From assembly GCA_028284775.1 (NCBI GenBank), contig JANQRB010000154.1, positions 39,785-103,784 on the forward strand: a stretch of 64,000 nt of DNA, given 5' to 3'. Both the position numbers and the translations under genes were made by a program. Origin of the DNA: Candidatus Kapaibacterium sp. Its GTDB lineage: Bacteria > Bacteroidota > Ignavibacteria > Kapaibacteriales > UBA7675. The notes beneath the pieces are model-generated. The model had not been told where the DNA came from and ran no database searches. It was given only the letters and a program-made list of their open reading frames with translations. Of this stretch, positions 57,746-64,000 are shown piece by piece; the stretch's first letter is position 1; the number at the start of each line of letters is the position of its first letter.

Positions 57746-59026
57746 ATGAAGATTCGCAAGCGATTCGAGCGGAATAGCCGTTGGATTCTCTCAGGATTTG
57801 CCTTTGTGTTCGGGCTGATCATGTTGGCGCCGCTCGAAGGCTGTCAGGCCGAAAACAGCACACCCGATCCACACTCGTCTTCCGCGGACGAACGAGCGAG
57901 CGCCACTGCCTCGCACGAACCGGATCCCAGCGACAGTGAAGTGTTGGCGATGTTGGAGCCTGAGCCGCCGACGGCACCTGACGAGGGCAGTATCGACGTG
58001 TCGCGACGTAACGCCATTACCAGGGCCGTGGAGCGCTGTAGCGCCGCTATCGTCGGCATTAACGTCACCGAGGTGCGGCGCTACCGGGTGCGGGATCCCT
58101 GGATGGATTTCTTCTTTGGTCCGCGCGGCGGCGGTCGCGTCTACGAAGAAGAAATCGAGGGCCTGGGATCGGGCTTTCTCATATCATCGGACGGCTATAT
58201 CCTTACCAATGAACATGTGACAGGCGGCGCTTCGAAGATCATCGTGACACTGACGAGCGGGCAGCAACACACGGCCAGGCTGGTGGGAGCGGATGCGGTG
58301 AGCGACGTCTCTCTGCTCAAGATCGAAGAAGGGGGGAATTTCGACTACCTGGAAATGGCTGATTCGGAAGACCTGATAATTGGCGAGTGGGCAATTGCTT
58401 TCGGCAATCCTTTCGGTCTATTCAGCATCAACGCCAAGCCGACTGTCACCGTTGGCGTCATTTCCAATATTGGCGTCAACTTCATGCAGGAAGAAAAAGT
58501 ATACCGGGGAATGATTCAGACAGATGCCGCCATCAGTTCGGGCAACTCCGGCGGTCCGCTTGTCAATTCGATGGGCAAAGTGATAGGAATGAATGCCGCT
58601 ATCTTTTCGACGGCGCAGACTAATCAGGGCGCCGGCAGTATCGGTATCGGCTTCGCGATTCCCGTTAACCGCGTCAGGAGCATCGTCGAGCACCTGAAAC
58701 GCGATGGCAAGATCAATCGCGAATACATTGTCGGACTTAACGTTAAAGGTGTCGACGCGCGTGTTGCGAAGGCCCTGGGCCTTGACCGTGAACGCGGAGT
58801 GTATATCAGTGAAATCTATCGTAATTCGCCCGCTGAAGATGCCGGACTCGAACCGGGCGATATTATCCTTGCCATTGACAATGAACGTATATTGCGTCCT
58901 CAGGATGTTCAGGTGCTATTGAGTGACGGTATCGCCGGTGAAACGATCGAAGTTAAAATCAGACGCGAAGACGAGACCTATCTTAAGCAGCTAGAATTGC
59001 GTCCGGCTGCCCAGCGCCGACGTTAA
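57746..59026 (+). CDS. htrA: Periplasmic serine endoprotease DegP/HtrA family (trypsin-like S1C + PDZ)
   Basis: The ATG at 57746 follows GGAG. There is a signal/TM segment. The catalytic-triad context is ...TNEHV..., ...GNSGGPL... The C-terminal PDZ domain reads ...ISEIYRNSPAEDAGLEPGDIILAIDNERI... Confidence 0.85.
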   Translation: MKIRKRFERNSRWILSGFAFVFGLIMLAPLEGCQAENSTPDPHSSSADERASATASHEPDPSDSEVLAMLEPEPPTAPDEGSIDVSRRNAITRAVERCSAAIVGINVTEVRRYRVRDPWMDFFFGPRGGGRVYEEEIEGLGSGFLISSDGYILTNEHVTGGASKIIVTLTSGQQHTARLVGADAVSDVSLLKIEEGGNFDYLEMADSEDLIIGEWAIAFGNPFGLFSINAKPTVTVGVISNIGVNFMQEEKVYRGMIQTDAAISSGNSGGPLVNSMGKVIGMNAAIFSTAQTNQGAGSIGIGFAIPVNRVRSIVEHLKRDGKINREYIVGLNVKGVDARVAKALGLDRERGVYISEIYRNSPAEDAGLEPGDIILAIDNERILRPQDVQVLLSDGIAGETIEVKIRREDETYLKQLELRPAAQRRR

Positions 59027-59108
59027 TCAGTTAATAATGACCGGTTCATTCATTGTAGCTCGGACCTAGGATAGTTCGATCGGAGAGTCGAGAAAGAGGA
59101 GTTAATCA

Positions 59109-59897
59109 ATGCCGACAGCAGTTGAACAGAACGGACAGATCGTCGAGCCGCAGTCTCAGCCCGGCAACCACGTCCTGCGCGCCGAACAACTGGTTAAAAT
59201 CTACAAAAAGCGCAAGGTTGTTAAGGAAGTCTCACTCGAAGTGCGGCAGGGTGAGATTGTCGGGCTCCTTGGTCCCAACGGTGCGGGCAAGACAACATCG
59301 TTTTATATGATCGTGGGCATTGTACGACCTGACGGCGGACGAGTCTATTTCGACGACAGGGATATTACGCGCCAGGCGATGTACAAGCGCGCGCGACTGG
59401 GACTCGGCTATTTACCGCAGGAAGCGTCGGTGTTCCGTAAGCTGAGCGTCGAAGACAATATTCGGGCGATTTTACAACTGCAGAAAATGAAGGCCCGGCG
59501 GCGCAAAGAACGGCTGGAAGAGCTGCTGGAAGATTTTTCCATTACGCATATTCGCAAAAGCAAGGGTTATATGTTGTCCGGCGGTGAGCGGCGGCGTTGC
59601 GAGATCGCCCGTGCGCTGGCCGCCAACCCCGGCTTTGTTCTTCTCGATGAGCCCTTCGCCGGCATAGATCCGATAGCCGTTGAAGAAATTATGACGATTG
59701 TGCGGAAGCTCAGTCAACGCGGCTTGGGTATTCTGATAACCGATCACAATGTTCACGAAACTCTTTCGATCACCGATCGCGCTTACATTCTGATCGACGG
59801 CGCCGTGTTTTGCTCCGGCACGGCGGAAGAGCTCGCCGCCAACCCGGAAGTACGCAAACGCTACCTCGGCGAAACCTTTCAACTGTACCGCTTTTAA
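59109..59897 (+). CDS. lptB: LPS export ABC transporter ATP-binding protein LptB
   Basis: The Walker A motif is GPNGAGKTT, the ABC signature is LSGGERRR, the Walker B motif is LLDEP, and a LptB-type C-terminal extension is present. There is a short N-terminal extension. Confidence 0.85.
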   Translation: MPTAVEQNGQIVEPQSQPGNHVLRAEQLVKIYKKRKVVKEVSLEVRQGEIVGLLGPNGAGKTTSFYMIVGIVRPDGGRVYFDDRDITRQAMYKRARLGLGYLPQEASVFRKLSVEDNIRAILQLQKMKARRRKERLEELLEDFSITHIRKSKGYMLSGGERRRCEIARALAANPGFVLLDEPFAGIDPIAVEEIMTIVRKLSQRGLGILITDHNVHETLSITDRAYILIDGAVFCSGTAEELAANPEVRKRYLGETFQLYRF

Positions 59898-60002
59898 GGC
59901 TGACCCGCAGTGTTCAGCTGGTTTGAATGCATCGCAGCGTCCACCGTATGTGCCTGCCGGTTGTTGTCGGAACCCAATTGACACGAGATGCCTGACTAGT
60001 AC

Positions 60003-60143
60003 TTTTTCAAATTAGTTTGTTTCAAATCCTCCTCTTTGTGAAAGAGGGGCCAGGGGAGTTCGAATAGTCTAGAAATCATAACTCCTCCTAACCTCCCCTT
60101 AGCTTAAGGGGAGGGAAATAGATGCAAGAAACTAATTTGAAAG
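60003..60143 (+). repeat. Copy B of the ~145-nt structured intergenic repeat (MITE/REP-like): 13-bp terminal inverted repeats and two perfect internal hairpins
   Basis: The terminal inverted repeats are TTTCAAATTAGTT (60006-60018) and AACTAATTTGAAA (60130-60142). The internal hairpins are CCTCTTT-gtg-AAAGAGG and CCTCCCCTTA-gc-TAAGGGGAGG. The element lies between the lptB stop (59897) and a convergent GT2 gene stop (60148). Confidence 0.5.
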
Positions 60144-60147
60144 AGCG

Positions 60148-62607
60148 CTAGCCTTGTGCTTCTGCAATTTTACGCAGACTCTCGGCGAGACCCTCTTCGA
60201 TCGTCGACCGCGGAATTTCCACATCGAAGGCAGTTTGCGGAATGCCCTGTCTGTTGTCGAGGCGCAGCAGAGCCTCCCGAAAGGCCTGTACCGCTTCGTT
60301 ATGGCGCTGCAGATGAAAGAGAGCATAGGCCCGCAGATTCATGGCGCAGACCTGGACGGGCGCCTGTTCCAGACTGAAATCCGCCCAGCGCAGGGCCGAG
60401 GCGAAGTCGCGTTTACTGCCGGCGATCTGGGCCAGTGAGGCGGCACAGGATGCAGCCAGGTGCTGCGGCAGCGAACCCAATTGCATCGCGAATGCCAGTG
60501 CCTGTTCGGCCTGATCGCGCAAGCTCATCAGCGCAAGCGTCTGGCCCAGTTGAAACCAGGCATAGGGATTTTCCGGCTCTTCCTTTACGTGCTGAAGCAG
60601 CAAACGGTAATTGCGTTTGATTTTCTGTTGCATCGTGTCGTGGCTGCTGTCATATCCCAGGTGATGAATCCGAATATCCGACCGGTCGATGCCTTTGCCC
60701 AGATCCAGGATGGAGGGCGAAATCTGTTCGTGAACACGTCCGCGGAATTCGATTTGGGGGTAACCGTAGTTGCGGAATACGCGGGGATAGCCGCCGGTAT
60801 GTGTTTTGCGGGAGCCGTCGAGCTGCCGGTGGGGGCTGACGATCGCGCAGACGTAAGCGCCGATGGTGTCGGGTGCATTGCGCAGCAGAGATTTGATATA
60901 GGCTGCCTGCGCTGGTTCGAGGCGTTCGTCTGCGTCAAGGTAGGCTATCCATTCGCCGCGGCATTGTTGCAAGGCCGCATTTCGGGCGGCCGCAAAGTCA
61001 TCCTTCCATTCCGTTTGGATAATGCGCGCACCGGCTTCACGGGCAATCGCAATCGTTCGATCACGCGAACCGGTATCATTGATGACGATCTCATCAACAA
61101 TATCCTGAACACTTGTCAGGCAGTCCGGCAAGTAATGTTCCTCATTCTTAACGATCATACACAGCGAAAGAAGTGGTCGCTTCCCTCTTGTGCCGGCTGA
61201 CGGAGATTGTCCGATCTTCGTCAAGGTCGGGAGGTCGAAACCCTGCCGGCGATCATGATCTATCGGTTCGGCCGGCGGCGCGGCCTTGAAGGAAGCCGTC
61301 CGCGCAGGCGATGTGTCGGAGGGTGCCGGCTTCTGATATTTTGCGGGATCCATGTCAGTCCCTTGTTGCGAATTATTCTGTGAATTGGGCGAGTAGCTGC
61401 GCTCGACCTGCGCGAGATAGTCGCGCAGCTCCTGCCGCTCCGGCGCCAAACGGATCGCTTCATTCAGGAGCTGCCGGGCTGTGGCGTGATCGCCGTTCTT
61501 TAGTGCAAGATCGGCGATGCCTACCCGGCAGCCAATGTCGTCGGGATTTGCAGCAAGGCCGTCCTGAAATTCCCGGCCTGCTTCATTATAGCGTCCCAGG
61601 GCGGTCAGACTGCGTCCCAGCCGGAAGCGTACCTGTTCGTGCGGCAGGCGGTAGTCGCCGGCGAGGGCTGCCACGAGGTCCGGCCGACGGCGGGCCTCTT
61701 CCATTGACCGATAATGCCGCAGTCCATCGCTGTGACGACCCAGCTCCGTGAAGCATTCGCCGAGAATGTAATGCGCGAAAACCTGCGCGTGGCAGACTAC
61801 GAGCGAATCCTGCGCAAGCTCGACTGCCTGGGCGTGGTCACCGGCCTGAAAGCGAATGGTCGCGGCGAAGTTAAGTGCCTGCATGCGCACGCTCTCGCTG
61901 CTGTCGTCGAGCCCGAGCGCATGCTCGAAGTCGATGGCCGCGTCGGCGGCCCGGCCCATGCCGAAGAGCGTTTTGCCGCGTTGCATGAGCAAATAGCCGT
62001 CGTTCGGATTCCGCGCAAGCACCTCGTTCAATATGTTGAGATTGCGCTGCAGCTTCGCGGCCATTGACGACGAGGACAGCCCATAGCCCAGATGAATGAG
62101 GCGCGCCGAGCAGCTCTCTACCTGGTAGCCGGCCGCCGCAACGGCATCGAAGACCTGCTCGTGAATCGCGCCATGGAAACGAATAGCAGGCGATTTGCGA
62201 AAGACGCGCAGCAAGTAGTTGACGAAGGTATCGCGACTGCCGTCGCTGCGCACGGCCTCCGAAACCAATTCCAGCATGAACCCGCCAACCTGAGGCGGAG
62301 CTGTGCTCAGAGCGCTTCGCAACTCATTGCCGTCCTGCAGTCGTTCATCGGCATCGATGCTGAGAATCCATGCGCCGCGGGCAGCCTCGATGCTGGCGTT
62401 GCGCGCGGCCGCGAAATCGTTTTTCCAGGGTACTTCCCGCAGAATACAGCCGAATTCCCTTGCGATGGTCCGGGTCGCATCGTCCGAGCCGGTATCCACA
62501 ATTACAATTTCATCGGCAATGTCGGCTACCGAACGCAAACAGTCCGGCAGCATCGCCGCTTCGTTCTTAACTATCATGCAGACTGACAATAGGGGAGAGG
62601 ATGCCAT
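60148..62607 (-). CDS. Fused double-module glycosyltransferase: (GT2 domain + TPR repeats) x 2
   Basis: The two GT2 N-terminal cores are LLSVCMIVKNEAAMLPDCLRSVADIADEIVIVDTGSDDATRTIA...WKNDFAAARN...DADERL and LLSLCMIVKNEEHYLPDCLTSVQDIVDEIVINDTGSRDRTIAIA...WKDDFAAARN...DADERL. Each is followed by TPR-like helical repeats. Confidence 0.8.
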   Translation of the reverse strand: MASSPLLSVCMIVKNEAAMLPDCLRSVADIADEIVIVDTGSDDATRTIAREFGCILREVPWKNDFAAARNASIEAARGAWILSIDADERLQDGNELRSALSTAPPQVGGFMLELVSEAVRSDGSRDTFVNYLLRVFRKSPAIRFHGAIHEQVFDAVAAAGYQVESCSARLIHLGYGLSSSSMAAKLQRNLNILNEVLARNPNDGYLLMQRGKTLFGMGRAADAAIDFEHALGLDDSSESVRMQALNFAATIRFQAGDHAQAVELAQDSLVVCHAQVFAHYILGECFTELGRHSDGLRHYRSMEEARRRPDLVAALAGDYRLPHEQVRFRLGRSLTALGRYNEAGREFQDGLAANPDDIGCRVGIADLALKNGDHATARQLLNEAIRLAPERQELRDYLAQVERSYSPNSQNNSQQGTDMDPAKYQKPAPSDTSPARTASFKAAPPAEPIDHDRRQGFDLPTLTKIGQSPSAGTRGKRPLLSLCMIVKNEEHYLPDCLTSVQDIVDEIVINDTGSRDRTIAIAREAGARIIQTEWKDDFAAARNAALQQCRGEWIAYLDADERLEPAQAAYIKSLLRNAPDTIGAYVCAIVSPHRQLDGSRKTHTGGYPRVFRNYGYPQIEFRGRVHEQISPSILDLGKGIDRSDIRIHHLGYDSSHDTMQQKIKRNYRLLLQHVKEEPENPYAWFQLGQTLALMSLRDQAEQALAFAMQLGSLPQHLAASCAASLAQIAGSKRDFASALRWADFSLEQAPVQVCAMNLRAYALFHLQRHNEAVQAFREALLRLDNRQGIPQTAFDVEIPRSTIEEGLAESLRKIAEAQG

Positions 62608-62640
62608 AAATCGCGGCCTGTGGTCGTAGTGTAGATGAAC

Positions 62641-63642
62641 TCAACCGCCCTGCTGAGCGCACAATTGCTCAAGATCAGTCAGTTGTTGCTTTTCGAGCCA
62701 GGCGCACTCGGCAAGCAGAGGGTGTTGCAGCAGCCTGCGCGCTTCGGCAAAACGACGCTGCATTGCGAGACAGACGGCATGCAGATAGAGACGAAAGCCT
62801 TCACGCTGCCCATCCGTGCTCGTAAAAGATATTCTTTTTTCCACTTCGGCCCAATTATCGGATGCTAAGGCAATTTGCGCCAGGCGCAGCGCAGCTATTT
62901 CCCGCTGTTCTTGCGAAAGTTCGCTGCCGGACGCCAGAGCCTGCCGCAAATGATCGGCTGCGGGAACTCGATCCTCGCCGGCGAATTCGGCCAGGCCCAG
63001 GTGGTAGAGAAGCCAGGGATCCTCGGGATGGCTCTGCAGTTCCTGACGCAGCAAGTCCGCGTTTCGGGCTGCCTTGGCGGGATCATTGCCTGCATAACCG
63101 CGATGGTCGATGCGCAGGTTTGAGTCGGCGATGTGGAAGCCGGTATCCCGAATGGCAGCGGCGATTTGTTCGTGTATGGCGCCGCGATACCGAATGGCAG
63201 GATGCCGCCGGAACAGACGGGTGTAGCGATGTTCCTGGTAGCGATCACTTTTAGGGTCACCATCGAGGTAGTTGCGGATACCGACGCTAATGCCGCCACA
63301 TAGAGGATCGCTCAGTAGCGGTCCTAGTTCTTCTGTTGCGTACGATGCTAGAGTTTCGTCGGCATCGAGCGTCAGTATCCAGCGGCAGCGCATGGCCTTC
63401 AGGCCATAATTGCGCGCGGCGGCGAAGTCGTCCTTCCATTGGAAAAAATGAAGCTCCGCGCCATGACGAGCGCAGATGCGCGGCGTTGAATCACTCGATC
63501 CGGTGTCGACAATGACAAGCTGTCGCAACAGAGGACGCATGGAAGCAATCGCGTCGGCAATGAACTGTTCTTCATTCCTGACGATGATCAAGCCGCCAAT
63601 GTCGAGATCTGAAGATGTTGCGTATGGAGCTGCCTGGGACAT
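62641..63642 (-). CDS. Single-module GT2 + TPR glycosyltransferase (paralog of the modules in the downstream gene)
   Basis: LIIVRNEEQFIADAIASMRPLLRQLVIVDTGSSDSTPRICA...WKDDFAAARN...DADETL has the same architecture as the neighbouring modules. The protein is 333 aa. Confidence 0.8.
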   Translation of the reverse strand: MSQAAPYATSSDLDIGGLIIVRNEEQFIADAIASMRPLLRQLVIVDTGSSDSTPRICARHGAELHFFQWKDDFAAARNYGLKAMRCRWILTLDADETLASYATEELGPLLSDPLCGGISVGIRNYLDGDPKSDRYQEHRYTRLFRRHPAIRYRGAIHEQIAAAIRDTGFHIADSNLRIDHRGYAGNDPAKAARNADLLRQELQSHPEDPWLLYHLGLAEFAGEDRVPAADHLRQALASGSELSQEQREIAALRLAQIALASDNWAEVEKRISFTSTDGQREGFRLYLHAVCLAMQRRFAEARRLLQHPLLAECAWLEKQQLTDLEQLCAQQGG

Positions 63643-63713
63643 AGCGGAAGCAGAAAAAGGCAGCCATCATCGATGACTGCCTGTACAAGTTCGCTCGTGA
63701 ACAAGAAGGGCGC

Positions 63714-63914
63714 CTAGGCCTGTTCTACCGAAATCCGGTGCTGGCGGCGGATAGCTTTTAATCGAGACAGCCGCTTCTGGATGGACGGTTTGGTAAAATT
63801 ACGACGCTTTTTGAATTCCTTGAGGACACCGCTGCGTTCGTACTTCTTCTTGAAGCGGCGCAGCGCCTTGTCGACGGATTCGTTGTCCTGAATAGTTACG
63901 CCAATCACTGGCAT
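63714..63914 (-). CDS. rpsU: 30S ribosomal protein S21
   Basis: MPVIGVTIQDNESVDKALRRFKKKYERSGVLKEFKKRRNFTKPSIQKRLSRLKAIRRQHR is a close match to the S21 consensus (MPxIxV...ALRRFKR..EKAG...E.RRR..YEKPS...RK). The protein is 66 aa. Confidence 0.85.
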   Translation of the reverse strand: MPVIGVTIQDNESVDKALRRFKKKYERSGVLKEFKKRRNFTKPSIQKRLSRLKAIRRQHRISVEQA

Positions 63915-64000
63915 TCACCTCACATATAAAACGTATGGAAAATTAGTCGCTTGTTCTTAAAGCGCCGATGCCCCGAGGCGTTCGATCAAACGCTTCATTT

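Noticed and set aside
60050-60075. tRNA-like T-loop sequence GAGTTCGAATAG
   Set aside because: No acceptor stem, D-arm or anticodon arm can be built around it. It lies inside the inverted-repeat-bounded intergenic element.

Overview
This 64-kb window looks like chromosomal DNA from a high-GC (~58%) FCB-superphylum bacterium, plausibly Bacteroidota or a related candidate lineage. The lineage call is inference from gene content: several proteins end in FxNPA/YPNPA-type T9SS C-terminal sorting domains, and there is a Bat/MoxR-vWA cluster, a DUF1573 protein, a standalone HsdR_N protein and LytTR/propeller sensor kinases.

Most of the window is dense housekeeping and envelope genes. These include an enolase 3' end, phosphohexomutase, an EF-G paralog, sugar transferase, an SSS symporter, uvrA, priA, lptB, htrA, rpsU, lysA-like, archease plus rtcB, an M20 dipeptidase, 5-FCL and an RmlD-like reductase. 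No rRNA, tRNA or CRISPR array was found.

The accessory or unusual parts are:
- A colinear minus-strand cluster at 12.4-19.7 kb: ferritin, a secreted TPR-CHAT protein, a beta-propeller sensor histidine kinase and a LytTR regulator.
- A low-GC patch at 20.0-23.8 kb: an orphan 519-aa helical protein followed by a 2.2-kb non-coding island. The island carries three tandem ~95-nt structured units, each with a conserved 5' box, a variable core, a closing stem and a U-tract. I read these as a candidate small-RNA array, and it is the most novel-looking signal in the window.
- A complete Bat/MoxR aerotolerance-like locus split into two convergent halves, with two BatA-like vWA genes. It contains a 15-bp x ~21 tandem repeat encoding (QNQDQ)n inside the BatC-like gene.
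- A ~145-nt inverted-repeat-flanked, hairpin-rich intergenic element present twice (28.5 kb and 60.0 kb), each time at a convergent gene junction. It looks like a MITE or REP-like element.
- An orphan sdpR-sdpI-like immunity pair with a palindromic operator.
- A cluster of four secreted proteins: two T9SS cargo proteins, a Cys-rich unknown and a DUF1573 protein.
- Three tandem GT2-TPR glycosyltransferase modules.

All calls are made by eye from the ORF translations and the DNA. No database search was run.
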